A DNA stretch of 64,000 nucleotides from Eledone cirrhosa (GCA_964016885.1 OZ024749.1:32178001-32242000); one strand, 5' to 3'. Positions 1 to 13,655 are shown, counted from the first letter of the stretch. Numbers and translations are program-made. Notes: generated from the sequence alone by a model not told the origin.

Positions 1-176
1 AACACAGTACCTTTGAAATATATATAATAAAGTATATATTTTGATTACGTGAATATTTTTTATTTGTTAACATTTTGAATAATATTAAAAACTCCAGGAA
101 AACTTTACTGTTAAGTGCTTCTAAACTATTGTAAAATTGTATTCGTTGAGTAATCAACGAACCATACTATTCTTTG

Positions 177-224
<48 letters not shown>

Positions 225-225
<1 letters not shown>

Positions 226-1120
226 GAGGTGCGTCAGAAAATTTCCAGGACTGATGTCACAAAAGATTTATTTCAAACCCAAACTTCACACTAAGCGTTT
301 TCTCCTTCAAAACAATCCCCCTAGAGTCTAATGCACTTATCCATCCTTTTCTGCCACGCTTGCATGCACTCCTGGAAGGATTCTTCCGGGATCCTCCGCA
401 GTTCCGTCGTCACGGCCTTTTTGCTGTCTTCCACGTCTTCAAAACGGGTTGCCTTCGGGTCGTACTCGAAGATCCATGACTCATCACCGGTGATGACTGT
501 CCCTAGCAAGTCTGGTTCGGTTTCAAGACGCTCGAGGATGTCCTGGCACATTTGCATGCGTCGACCCTTCTGGTCATCGTTCAGCAGTTTTGGCACCATC
601 TTTGCTCAGACTTTCCGCATGTCCAAATCTTCAGTGAGAATCTTCCAGACGCTGTCCCGATTCATGCCCAGCTCTTTCGCCCACAGTCGAACAGTCAGCC
701 GACGATCGCTAAGCACCATCTGCCTGACGCGCTCAACGTCGACCTCAGTTCTGGTTGTTGAGGGCCTTCCGCTCCTGGGGTCATCTTCCACGTCCTCGCG
801 TCCATCTTTAAACCTCTTGCACCACTCAAAAACACGTGAGCGTGACATCGTCTCATCTCCATACACTTGCTGCAGCAATCCCAGTACTCCTGACGGAGTT
901 TTCAAGTTTGTTCGTTGCTCTGTGCTCATTGCATGACGACCTGAAACAGAGGACATGTATATAAAATTATGAAGAAAATAGTGTGATCGCTGCAGAGAGC
1001 TAAGATTACAGTTACATACGCCAGGGGGATTACTTTGAAGGAGAAAACTCTTAGAGTGAAGTTTGGGTTTGAAATAAATCTTTTGTGACATCAGTCCTGG
1101 AACTTTTCTGACCCACCTCG
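225..1120 (-). mobile_element. Mariner (Tc1/mariner) DNA transposon, internally deleted, ~100 bp inverted termini, inserted in (TA)n
   Basis: Left end CGAGGTGCGTCAGAAAATTTCCAGGACTG... matches the reverse complement of the right end for ~100 bp. Minus-strand peptides: HTH region (VYGDETMSRSRVFEWCKRFKDGREDVEDDPRSGRP), VPKLL linker, ITGDESWIFEYDP, then a jump to the C-terminus (FQECMQAWQKRMDKCI); most of the catalytic domain is missing. Confidence 0.95.
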
Positions 1121-1143
1121 TGTATATATATATATATATATAT

Positions 1144-1228
1144 ATATCACATAAGAAACGGAGTATCAGTGTTGCGACGAATACATTTTATTCGTCGCAA
1201 CACTGATTCTCCGTTTCTTATGTGATAT
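1144..1228. repeat. Near-perfect fold-back palindrome (~40 bp arms)
   Basis: ATATCACATAAGAAACGGAGTATCAGTGTTGCGACGAATA ... TATTCGTCGCAACACTGATTCTCCGTTTCTTATGTGATAT, flanked by (TA)n and a short unique tail. Confidence 0.95.
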
Positions 1229-1285
1229 CATACTCAGCTCTGTAAGAGCATCGAGTGCTTACGGACGCTTTAAGCATCCCACACC

Positions 1286-1320
<35 letters not shown>

Positions 1321-1323
<3 letters not shown>

Positions 1324-1776
1324 CGGGTAAAATTCCCGAGTTCCATTGACGAGTTCTCTCCGGCGGTCTCTGTCCCTCATCATCACTGCCATGTCCTGCG
1401 TCTCCAAGAGACCAGTGTCTGTCCTTAGGGCATCAACATATGTCAACCTCGGTCTCCCTCTTGTAGTGTGTCCATGCAGGGGTTCCCACAGGAGCACTGA
1501 GTGCAGTGTCAACTCTGGATGTCGGTGAACATGTCCAGCTAACCTCAGTCTCCTCTGTGTCATTTTCGAGCTGACTTTTGGGAGGCTCCCGTACAGCTCT
1601 GAGTTCTTCATCCTCAGTACATACTGATTAATGTTCAGAGCCATCCTCAGCATCCTCGTTTAGCACCCATCCACCATCTGAGTGAGTTTTTTGGTCAGTG
1701 TCCAAGTCTTAGACCCGTACAGCAGCACATACTCCACTACAGCAACGAAGAGACGGATGATCAGGTCTTTACGAAG
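1321..1776 (-). mobile_element. RTE/RTEX-like LINE, 3' ORF fragment (degenerate)
   Basis: Minus-strand peptide LLYGSKTWTLT...RMLRMALNI...RRLRLAGHVHRH...LLWEP..GHTTRGRPRLTYVD, typical of the post-RT region; in-frame stop present. Confidence 0.85.
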
Positions 1777-1859
1777 ATAGATATATATATAACAAATAGT
1801 TCTGTTTATATGCCAACACAAGAGCAAGAATGACGAGTTTATTCTACTTACATGGCTTA

Positions 1860-2240
1860 AGAGGCTGTTTGCATGACGCAGCTGGCTTTCCCTCTCAACT
1901 GGAGCCAGCAGGCCTAGACTGCAGAGATGGCAATCGCCCCGACGGAATCACCCTCTTCCCATTCGAAGGAGTTAGATCCATCATCTGGGACACCAGCTAC
2001 TGCGACATGTTTTCTGCCTCCAGCTTAGTCGCTTCGGTCACAAACCCCCGCATCGCAGCCCACCTCGCAGAAGAACGTAAAATAAACAAATTTTACGTTC
2101 TTCCTCTTCGCACCGCTCGCCGTCGAGACCTCAGGCGTACTTGGACCCCGTACTGCCGAGCTCCTCTGCAAAATGGGAGCGTCGGCAGCCCGTCTGGGGA
2201 GGGAGCCCCACGAGGTTGGGTGGCTGTTGCAGTGGATTAA
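1860..2240 (+). mobile_element. Restriction-like endonuclease fragment of a CRE-like non-LTR retrotransposon
   Basis: EPAGLDCRDGNRPDGITLFPF...IIWDTSYCD...AAHLAEERKINKF matches the RPDG...WD...AE.RK..KY RLE pattern; frameshifted downstream. Confidence 0.75.
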
Positions 2241-2565
2241 AGCACCCAGTACTTGTGGTAAAGAGGTTAGTGATAGTAGGAAGGGCATCCAACCAAAGAA
2301 ATCTTGCCAAACAAAGTGTTGGGAGGACCCTTCATTTGACTGAATGACATGACAACTTCTGTTGTGCTGGTGCACTCTGTAAAACATGAGACCATATATA
2401 AGTGAGGTGCAGACCTCTATCCTGTGAAGTCCGTAGCCCCGCTTCAGTACGAACTTGGTTTATGAAGACCCATCCAACCCATGCTAGCAGGGAAAGTGAA
2501 TGTTAAATGATGATGATGATGATGATGATGATGATATAGCATGTAAACTTTATGGTCAATCTTAA

Positions 2566-2984
2566 CCCTTTAGTTACCATCCCGATCAAACCGGCTCTAG
2601 TTCTATGAAATAAAACACTCTATTTTAAAAGTCTCCAATTCAAATTAAAATCTTCCAACATAATTTTATATAAGAACCTTACATAAAGTTACTGTCTTAG
2701 TAATGAAATAATTGATAGGGTTTTCTGATTTAGGCACAATGCCAACAATTTTGGGGGTACTGGTACTTTATTTTATCGATCCCATAAGGATGAAAGGCAA
2801 AGCTAACCTCGGCGGAATTTTAACTCAGATCGTAAAGGATCGTTACCCTATGCCACTAAGCAAGGTGTCCGACGCTCTACCGATCCTGCCAATCCATACA
2901 AATGTATGTAGGTAGAGAGAGAAATAACTAATAATTTTAGTAAATCACTCAAAATTCTTCATTAGAAATGTGGTCATTAAAGGG
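2566..2984. mobile_element. piggyBac-like MITE (second family) with a nested Nin-domain SINE
   Basis: TTAA-CCCTTTAG...TAAAGGG-TTAA termini; minus-strand SINE at ~2712-2900; related degenerate copies at ~27000-27850 and ~44100-44970. Confidence 0.75.
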
Positions 2985-3308
2985 TTAAACCATTTCAGTG
3001 GTTGAATGTTATCTATGGTATATGGTGCCTTTCATAATTCAGCAGAGTTTCTTCTGACTGGATATTGTTTCTACAACCAAGTACTTGGTCGGTGAAGGGA
3101 CCAGGAATACCCCAATTAAATAAGGTACTCAATATTATTAGAGAAGAAAGATATTTATTTCATATAGAAAAGACTTCTACAGGACTAGAACTGTTTCATT
3201 CTTTTTAAATCATTAGGAATGTCCTGACAAATCCTTATTATTTCAAACAAATGAAACTGTCCTTTTTCTCGAGAAGTCTTGCACTAAATCAGCTTTGGAT
3301 TTGGATCT

Positions 3309-3413
<105 letters not shown>

Positions 3414-3792
3414 ATATTGTTATACTTGGGGTCATATTGTTATAATATTGCCAGAAATAATAATAGAACGCACTCACTGTTTGATTTGGGTTGGTTTTCG
3501 CTCCTGTATCATTTATATCTCCATGGTTAATTTATCTGACAATCAATGTTTATCATTGATTGACCAACGGTTAAAAATACAGATATAAATATATATATAA
3601 AGTCTATATTGTTATATTTGGGGAGGGTCATATTGTTATAATATTGCCAGAAATAATAATAGAACACACTCACTGTTTGGTTTGGGTTGGTTTTCGGCAC
3701 TCTATGTAAAAGGTAAACATAAATAACAACACAATCAGTATAGTATATGGAAGGAATATATTAGGTTAACGCTTGATATAGCAGGAAGAGGG

Positions 3793-3828
3793 TCTTAACG
3801 TTTCAGACGCTAGTCCTTCATCAGAAGA
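3793..3828 (-). ncRNA. Minimal type-I hammerhead ribozyme motif (Penelope-like)
   Basis: Minus strand: UCUU-CUGAUGA-A-GGAC-UAGC-GUCU-GAA-ACGU-U/AAGA. Intact core, 4 bp stem I, 4 bp stem II, palindromic ACGU in place of stem III. Confidence 0.7.
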
Positions 3829-4219
3829 AAGAATGAAACATAAGATAGATTGAAGGGACCGGCGGGTTGGAATTGGAAAATATGTCCAGATAAAAATAAC
3901 AGGTGCATTCATGTTGACATCTCTTGGAAAACTGTTGATGCTGGCGTTTTGTGTAGGATTTATTTTTTTAGAAAAGTGGATGATGGAGCGCGTCTACCTG
4001 AAATGGAAAAAAAACCGTTTTGGAAAAAGAGCTACTTGTGCGCGTGCGTATGCACGTGTGTGTCTGTGTGTGTGTGTCTGTGTGTGTGTGAGTGTGTGTT
4101 TGTTATTATACGTCCGTACGAAGCTAAGAAGAAATGTGTGTGTATTTGTAAGTAAAAGAGTGTGTGTGTGTGTGTGCTTGTAAGTACGAAGCTATGAGCA
4201 AAAATTTGTTAATATAAGG

Positions 4220-4304
<85 letters not shown>

Positions 4305-4896
4305 TATATATATATATATATATACATGCATATATATATATGTATATATATACTTACATATATATATATGTGTGCGTGCGTGTCTGTCTGTATACACACT
4401 CACATAGGTATATATAGAGACAGATAGAGGGAGAGAGAGAGAGAGGTGTGTGTAGATAGAGAGAGATAGATAGATAAACAAATAGATAGATCGATAGGTA
4501 GAACTAGATGGCCATACGGACAGACAGGAAGGTGAATAGATAGATAAATAGATAGATAGATAAATAGATAGATAGATACATAGATAATGTGGATGGATAG
4601 ATTGATAGATTAGTGTGTGTGTGTGCACTCGATCATATACCAACCGGATTTGACACACGTCTTTTAAAACTTTCAATCACACACACACATACACACATAC
4701 ATACAGAGAGAGACATTGATATAAAAAAAAAACTTATACATAATGACATACATACCACATACACATGATAAAAAAAACAATATCAGCTCCCACCCACTCA
4801 TACACAAACCAAACACACACACGGGGACACACCCACACACATACACACACACTCTGAGACACACCCACATTCACACTCAGACACACGTATAGACGT

Positions 4897-4968
<72 letters not shown>

Positions 4969-5645
4969 ATGTGTGTGTGTGTTCGTGCGTGTGTGTATGT
5001 ATATGTGTGTGGAACAGAAACTTGTGTATAAATTTATATATAGATAAAACACATGTAGACGTGTTTGTATATTTAGAACGAACAGTGACAAACTCACACA
5101 CACACACACTCTCTCACTCATATAGATATACATATATATGTATATGTGTGAATATATATATAGAGAGAGTGAGAGAACACAGAGATGTGTTGATGTATAT
5201 ATAAATATATATATATACGCATACACAATTTAAAGTCTTACGAGTATAAAGACGGGTCATTGCTCAAGATGAATCGACTAGAATCTGGTTTCAATTTCCA
5301 TGTATATATTACTATAATATAGATTAAAGAAGACGGGATTTAACATGAATAGAGTCCTACTATGGATCGGACGTTTGTTCGTAAGTAGTTATACTCCAGT
5401 TATACTTATACTGAACATATATCAAATAATTGTTTATATGTATATATATATATGTGTATAATAAGTTTAGATATATTTCTTCTTGTTGATGTTGTTCTTG
5501 TTAATTTTGTTGTCACCGTCTGTCTGGCTGAATGATTTAATGTCAATTTTCAGGGAAACTTTCTTTCTTTCTCTCTCCCTAACTCTACCTCTATTTTTAT
5601 ATACCTAGCTAACTAATTAGTGTGTATATATATATACACTAATTA

Positions 5646-5724
<79 letters not shown>

Positions 5725-5733
5725 TACTAATTA

Positions 5734-5788
<55 letters not shown>

Positions 5789-5821
5789 TATATGTATATA
5801 TATATATATATATACTAATTA

Positions 5822-5909
<88 letters not shown>

Positions 5910-5973
5910 TCCAATCAATCTATAATATATATATTAGTATACTAAGATATATATACATATATATGTATATATA

Positions 5974-6011
<38 letters not shown>

Positions 6012-6103
6012 AAAATAACAGATTAAAGTTTAAGCAAAGAATCACTGCTTTCACCCTTAACGGGATCTTCTGAAACTCTTATTATTATTATTGTTATTAT
6101 TAT

Positions 6104-6139
<36 letters not shown>

Positions 6140-6329
6140 GTTAAAAGATAAAAGGTAATGTATTCATATATATATATATTATATAATACATATAAAGCAG
6201 CGATTCTTTACTTAAACTTTAATCTGTTATTTTAATAAATATTTGCTCTAGATATTTGATATATATTATCCTTATCGAGCGCGCTTTGGATTTTAGTCTT
6301 CACATTTATTATTATTACTATATATATGT

Positions 6330-6437
6330 ATATTTAATATAGAAATGGCTTCTACAGGACTAGAATTGTTTCATTCAGGAGAAATCTGCCGAATGAAACA
6401 GTTCTAGTCCTGTAGAAGCCATTTCTATATTAAATAT
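6330..6437. repeat. Fold-back palindrome containing the 3' half of a hammerhead (GAAACAGTTC); sister copies at 6971-7087 and ~3125-3230
   Basis: Arms ATATTTAATATAGAAATGGCTTCTACAGGACTAGAA / TTCTAGTCCTGTAGAAGCCATTTCTATATTAAATAT; the 6971-7087 copy retains CTGATGA on the minus strand. Confidence 0.85.
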
Positions 6438-6500
6438 TTATCATCTGCTTTGTATTGAGTACCTTACTTAGTGGTCACCCCCGATTGAACCCGGAATAAA

Positions 6501-6554
<54 letters not shown>

Positions 6555-6670
6555 CATATATATTATATATACGAGCAAGACAACCAATCTTGCCTCAAGT
6601 GGGAAAATTCCCGTCCAAACCCATGCTAGCGTGGAAGATGGACGTTAAACGATGATGATGATGATGATGA

Positions 6671-6711
<41 letters not shown>

Positions 6712-6764
6712 TATATATACTTATATATATATATTGATTGATTAGTCAACATATCCTATATGTA

Positions 6765-6814
<50 letters not shown>

Positions 6815-6921
6815 AGATCAAAAGATGGTTAAAAGAGTTCCAAGTATTTTATTATGTGATATTTTATTTTATTTATCCGATATTTGCATTGCTTTATTGT
6901 GGTACAATAAAACTCACCTCC

Positions 6922-6973
<52 letters not shown>

Positions 6974-7142
6974 ATATTTAATATAGAAATGACTAGAACT
7001 GTTTGATTCGAAAGAAATCATCAGATTGATTTCCTTCAAATGAAACAGTTCTAGTCCTGTAGAAGCCATTTCTATAGTAAATATTGTATATACTATACCT
7101 TACTTACTGTGGTTACCCCCAATGGAACACAGGATATATACA

Positions 7143-7200
<58 letters not shown>

Positions 7201-7559
7201 CTGTATACATAGAGACATGGGCACCTAACCAAACTTACCTCTAAATGGGACAAACACGTCTAACCCATGCTGGCATGGAAGGTAGACATTAAACGATGAT
7301 TAGGATGATTTGACAGAGATAAGTTGAAAAATTGTCAATTTCCTTCCTTCAATGTTTATTTATATATATATAGATATATGTACTATTGTCTGTTTCTATT
7401 TATATAGCTGTTAATATATATGTGTTCATGCATATATTCGTAACAGAAAATTTGTCATGTATAGAGTAGCGGTGTTTTTAAATAACAGAGGCTAGGAAAT
7501 CGCCATTTTCATCCCACCCACCTGCCCTATACCTATCACCCTCCAGTATGCATGCCCGA

Positions 7560-10362
7560 TGCTGTACACTACACACTCGTGCACATAGCACGTTAAACCA
7601 AGTTCCACTCAGCGCAGAAACACGGGGCGGATGGAGGCTCCATAAGCCGTAGTGTAGACAACCCAGCTAGGAGAGCTACCACTCCAAATAAATTGGTACG
7701 GTGTAGAGAAGTCCCCTAAGTCCAGTAGGACAACTTCCCTAGTGCTGGTAGCATGAATAAAAGCACCCAGTCCATGCTGTAAAATAGAGGGATGGATAGG
7801 GCCCCTGAGTCCAGTAAGACAACCTCTCTAGTGCTGATGGTATGAACAAAAGCACTCAGTCCATGCTGTAAAGTGGTGCTGGTGTTAGGAAGTGCATCCA
7901 ACCAGTATATATACTACTTCCAAAAACTATGAGCACAACAAATGAGAATTGCAACAACTGCGTAAACAGCAATAACACTAACCATGTGAGGGCTGCACCT
8001 GGTAGTGGGGTGGCTGGTGAGGCCATGTGCGAGAACTCCCTGACCGTCATCAAGCAATCGCACAACAGGAACAAGAACAAGAATATGAAGACATCACATA
8101 TCTGAGTTGCCACACTTAATGTTGGCACTCTAACAGGTAGATCTGGTGAGATAGTGGAGATGCTGTAGAGAAGGCATGTGGATGTGTGTTGCATGCAAGA
8201 GGTGAGATGGAGAGGTGCCTCTGCAAGACTAATCACAGGCAAATATCTTAGTTATAAGCTTTTCTGGGTAGATAATGATGATGGGTTAGGTGGGGTGGGC
8301 ATTTTACTGGCTGAGAGATGGATCGATAAGACAATAGAGGTAGTTAGAATTAGTAATAGAATAATTAAGCTTAGATTAGTTGTAGGCAAGAGACTACTGA
8401 CAATCATCTCTGTCTATGCTCCCCAGGCAGGCCTAGGTAAAGAAGAGAAAGACTGCTTTTACGAGCAACTTTTACAAACAGCCACAATGACAGAGGACAG
8501 AGACATCTTTATGCTAGCAGGGGACTTTAATGGTCATGTTGGACAGCTCCAGGATGGATACACTGGGGTACATGGTGGGCACGGTTATGGCTCAAGAAAT
8601 GAAGAAGGAGGGAGGCTTCTTGAATTTTGTGATGCAAATGCACTAACCATTTGCAACACTAATTTCCAGAAGCCTACCAACCACCTAACTTACAAATCAG
8701 GCGAGCACATAAGCCAGATTGACTTCTTGCTAGTTAGGCAGCAAGACAGACGGATAGGTTAGTCATTAGTGACATCTCAGAATGCAAGAGACAGAATGAG
8801 ACATACAGGAAGGTGTGGTAAAGAAAGGTCTGGAAGCTAAAAGACCTTTCACTAAAATATAAATTTAGGAAAGCACTTCAAGATGTGTATGACAACAAAG
8901 AAGAGGATTTAGAGTCGTATGACATAGATGATAACTGGAATTTCTTACGTAACAAATTATTGCAGGCTACTGAAGAAACTTGTGGCTGGAGCAGAGCTCC
9001 AACCAGACAGAGTGACCTGGTGGTGGAACAGCACGGTAGATAAGGCCATTAGAGACAAAAGACTAGCATGGAAAGCTTGGAAAAATGGTGGGAATAGAGA
9101 AGGATACACAGCCGCCAAGGGAGAAGATAGACATCAGGTGTACTTAGCAGGCTGAGAGTAGGAGGTTTACCAATGTTCTGCGACAGGAAGATCAGAGACA
9201 TGTGGTGTTCCGCATTGCAAGGCAGTGTGACAGTGCAAATCAGGATGTTGTTGGAGATAAGTGTGTCCAGAATGATGCCGGAGTACTTAGTGTTACAAAT
9301 GATCAAAAAAAGGAAGCCTGGAAATGTCATTATGAGAGACTGATGAATGTGGAGAATGAATGGGAGAGAGAGAAATTACCCCCAGTAGACACGACTGAGG
9401 GACCAGCTATTGAGATTGACGAATATAGGCTCCAAGAGGCAATTAAGGAAATAAAAAATGGTAAGGCCGCTGAACCGCCGGGGATAGTTGCTGAGATACT
9501 GAAGGCATCAGGAGAAGTAGGCACTAAACTGGTTGCACACATCATCAATCAAGCTATATATGGCGGTGTCATACCCAAAGACTGGTGCAACAGTATTCTC
9601 ATAAATTGCTACAAAGGTAAAGGGATGCTCTAGAGAGGAGCAATTATAGGGGCATAAAGCTGATGGATCGGGTTATGAAAGTGGCAGAGAGAATATTAGC
9701 ACAACTAATTAGAGAAAGAGTCAAATTAAATGAGATGCAGTTTGGTTTGTGCCTGGGAAAAGTACAACAGATGCCCTCTTCTAAGTGAGACAACTACAAG
9801 AGAGGTTCTTAGAGAAGAATAAGCCACTATACTTAGTTTTTGTTGACCTAGAGAAGGCCTTTGATAGGGTGCCCCGATCTGTCATCTGGTGGTCCCTAAG
9901 GAAACTAGGTGTAGAGGAATGGCTTATGAGGACAGTGCAAGCTATGTACAGAGGTGCTGTCAGTAAAGTGAGAGTAGGAATGGAGTTTAGTGAGGAATTC
10001 CAGATACAAGTAGGAGTACATCAGGGTTCGGTCCTCAGCCCACTCTTGTTCATTATAGTCCTCCAAGCCATAACAGAGGAGTTTAAGACTAACTGCTCAG
10101 GGGAACTTCTCTATGCTGATGATCTGGTTCTTATAGCAGAATCAGTAGAGGAGCTAGAGAAGAAATTCTGGCTATGGAAACAGCAGTTGGAATCAAGAGG
10201 ACCGAGAGTGAACCTAACTAAGACTAAAGTGTTGATAAGTAGAAAAGAGGACACAACTCTGATTCCATCAGGGAAATGGAGAGATGCTGTGCTGAATATG
10301 ACCCATCCCACCCTTGCAAGCAGGGAAAAGCGGACGTAAAATGATGATGATGATAATGATGA
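7560..10362 (+). mobile_element. RTE-clade LINE, family A: APE endonuclease + reverse transcriptase, disrupted, with a 3' internal deletion
   Basis: APE motifs (CMQEVRW, ISVYAPQ, AGDFNGHVG, SQIDFLL); RT motifs (FVDLEKAFDRVPR, GVHQGSVLSPLLF, LLYADDL); several frameshifts and stops; ends ...GGACGTAAAA(TGA)n. 5' boundary approximate. Confidence 0.93.
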
Positions 10363-10579
10363 TATATATATATATATGTGTGTTTATATATACATATACA
10401 GGTAAGTATGTATATATCTGCTGAGTTTAAGATTGTATGTGTGTGTGTGTTGATCAACGACATTCCAGCCATGCCTATCCTACCTTTTACTACCTCCTAT
10501 ATCCAGGACAATATTATTCAGCAAGCGATCCTCACATTCTTTATAAGTTATTAACAGTTACACCCAATGTTTAAATCCC

Positions 10580-11065
10580 ACCTTGATCAAGTTTACATTT
10601 CATCCTTTTGACGTCAATAAAATAAAGCACCAGTAACACACTGGTGTCAATTTAATCAACTTTCCCTTTCACCCAAAATTGCTGGCCTTGTGCCTAAATT
10701 TAGAAACCATTATTATTATTATTATTATTATTATTTTTGCAGTATCGGTGGAGGGTCAGACGCCATGCTTTCCAGCAGAGAGTTATGTCCTTTTATGGTC
10801 TGAGTTCAAATCCCGGCGAGGTTAACTTTGCCTTTCATCCTTACGGGGTCGATAAAATAAAGTACCAGTAATACACAGGGATAATTGCTGGCCTTGTGCC
10901 AAAAGTAGAAACAATTATTATTTTCAAATCTCGCCGAGGTTAACTTTGCCTTTCATTCTTACGGAGTCACGGAGTCGATAAAATAAAGCACCAGTAATGC
11001 ACTGGGGTCTATTTAATCGACTTTCTCCTGTCCCAAAATTGCTGGCCTTGTGCCTATAGTAGAAA

Positions 11066-11098
<33 letters not shown>
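10580..11098 (+). mobile_element. Three tandem (partly truncated) tRNA-derived Nin/Deu-domain SINEs with (ATT)n tails
   Basis: B-box GAGTTCAAATCCC followed by TTGCCTTTCATCCTTACGGGGTCGATAAAATAAAGTACCAG (Nin/Deu-like domain); each ends GGCCTTGTGCC...AGAAA(C)(ATT)n. Confidence 0.8.
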
Positions 11099-11328
11099 TA
11101 AAGCATTAGGGCGTGGTTTTTTTTCACTGGTCTCTAACAAGTGGTCTGACTTCATACATTCCAGTCATTGCTTCATAATCAAAAGAAAGTTTTTATTTAA
11201 CCGTAAACAGTCTCACACACAGCGGTCCTCTGCCTGTTTGCCCTCACCCCATTTTACATTGCTTATTAAGTAATTTTAGTAATCAGTGCTAATAATATAT
11301 ACATGATTTATGTATATATATATACATA

Positions 11329-11372
<44 letters not shown>

Positions 11373-11557
11373 TATATATATGTATATATGTGTGTGTGTT
11401 TGTGTATGTATGTGTGTCACTGAAATACATATATATATTATGTATATATATATATATGTGTGTTTGTGCGTATGAGATTAACATTAAGACAGATATTACA
11501 TAATCATATTTATTGGACAATATATATATATATATACATACATATATATATATATAT

Positions 11558-12158
11558 GTCACTGGACCGAGATCTTTGGCGGTACTCAGTAATAGAGAAG
11601 ACACGCCTTACCTGAAATACAAAGTAAAACCTACTACAGTCAGTAGGCATCTCTAACAAAACACACCCCCGTCCCACCACCCCCACCCCATCCACACCGC
11701 CCCTTTCAATGTAAAGTTATGTTGGTGCCACAACATCCAGGCCGAAACAAATGAGATCGTGTAGGTGTCACGACAAAAAAACACACAGTCCACGCTGTAA
11801 TGTGGCCGTGTAGGTAACACGGTAAAAACCTCCCAGCCCCACACTGTAAATGTGGTTGGTGTTAGGAAGGGCATCCAGCTGTAGAAAACCCGCCAGACAG
11901 TCCACGCTGTAATGTGGCCGTGTAGGCAACATTACAGTCCACGCTGTAATGTGGCCGTGTAGGCAACACGGTAAAAACCTCCCAGTCCCACACTTTAAAT
12001 GTGGTTGGTGTTAGGAAGGGCATACAGCTGTAGAAAACCCGCCAGACAGTCCTATGCAGGCAAGACAACCACTCTTGCCTCAAGTGGGAAAACTCCCGTC
12101 CAAACCCATGCAAGCGTGGAACATGGACGTTAAACGATGATGATGATGATGATGATGA
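11558..12158 (+). mobile_element. RTE LINE family B, 3' end (ORF tail + 3'UTR with internal duplication)
   Basis: Near-identical to 17720-18166; ends GGACGTTAAAC(GAT)n; (TA)n on both sides. Confidence 0.9.
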
Positions 12159-12266
12159 TATATATGAAAATAAAATAAGAATCTTATTTCTCGCTCTAGC
12201 ACAGCTGATACATAAAAGTAAGTATGCATACATATGCACACATACATATGTATATATACATATCTG

Positions 12267-12298
<32 letters not shown>

Positions 12299-12582
12299 TA
12301 TTCATATGTACGTATGGATTATATCGAACATTAATGAAGATATTCAATTCGTTTGTAAGCAAACGAGCCCGATTAGAAGCTGTGCTGTGCTGGTGGCCGA
12401 TCGTCACCTGTTTGTTCAACACTGGCTTTGAGGAACAATCAACATGTTTCTGGGTCATTACCCTCCATCAGGACTGTATACCTCTCTGCCAATGTGTTGA
12501 ACAGTTATATCCTGATTTATATATATATATATATACACATATATAGAATTAGTATATCTAGTAACATATATATACATATCTG

Positions 12583-12614
<32 letters not shown>

Positions 12615-12692
12615 CATATTCATATGTATGTATGTTTATTCCCTTTCAGAAACTAATTAGTTGGAGTGAAATTTTAGTAAGTAAGTTAATTT

Positions 12693-12761
<69 letters not shown>

Positions 12762-13139
12762 CAGGAAGTATGTGTGTATGTAATGTCTTTTGGGTAAATA
12801 TCATCTTGGTTAAGAGAGTGGGACTGGCTTTGTGCAGTGCCTTTGCTCACTATAAAAGCTTCACGACACAGGCATTGCTTTATATCTGGAGATCTCTCTG
12901 CACTTGTCGTCACATGGTCCCATGGGCCCTGCACTATGTGTCAATAATTGTCACAAGTGTAGTGTTTGTACCAGAGTTTTCAAGTCACTGGCTGGACTAA
13001 AAAGTCACACTCGTTCAGCGCATCGGTAGGGGTTCTCCTACATGGATATAAAGTAGTGGCCGTACTCGAAAACGAGTTGGCAGCCACCATGTAATGTCTA
13101 AGACTAAAATCTAAAGTCTGTCTTAAGCCTTTTAAGGGA

Positions 13140-13408
13140 CTGTTAGGCTGGTGCTTATCCCGGTTTCATGGCATGAAGTGACTGAGAGTATATGACTCCC
13201 CCCCCCCCCTGGACAGAACGCCAGTCCATCACAGGGTTAAACCTCCAGCTATAGCTGGTACTCATTTTCAGCTGAGTATACTGGATCAACATGAAATGAA
13301 ATGTTTTTTTCTCAAGAGCAGAACACAGAACACAGCCCAGGAATCAAACCCACAACATTATGATTGTAAGTCCAACACCCTTACCACTAGGCCATGTGCG
13401 TCCACTAT
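13140..13408 (-). mobile_element. tRNA-derived SINE (variant body)
   Basis: Minus-strand head GCACATGGCCTAGTGGTAAGGGTG...GTTTGATTCC (A and B boxes); body similar to 20645-20790. Confidence 0.65.
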
Positions 13409-13436
13409 GGAATGTATTTATATGTAATAGAAGAGA

Positions 13437-13655
13437 GGGCGGTGGATTAGCAGTATCGGTAGAGAGTTGGACACCATGCTTTGCAGCATAGAGTTACGGT
13501 CCTTTACGTTGTGAGCTCAAATCCCGCCGAGATTAACTTTACCTTTTATCCTTACAGGGTCGATAAAATAAAGTACCAGTAATACACTGGCATTGATTTA
13601 ATCGACTTTCCCCTCCCCCAAAATTACTGGCGTTGTGCCTATACTAGAAATCATA
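13437..13655 (+). mobile_element. Nin/Deu-domain tRNA SINE, near full length
   Basis: GGCGGTGGATTAGCAGTATCGGTAGAG head, ...CCTTACAGGGTCGATAAAATAAAGTACCAG domain. Other copies: 20305-20490(+), 27285-27500(-), 41050-41235(-), 50685-51020(-). Confidence 0.8.

Noticed and set aside
6035-6080. Hammerhead-like minus-strand motif CAGAAGA-TCCC..GGGT-GAAA; other partial cores at ~3185-3230, ~24810, ~24910, ~47580 and ~48680
   Set aside because: Core mutated or truncated; treated as decayed relics, not functional ribozymes.
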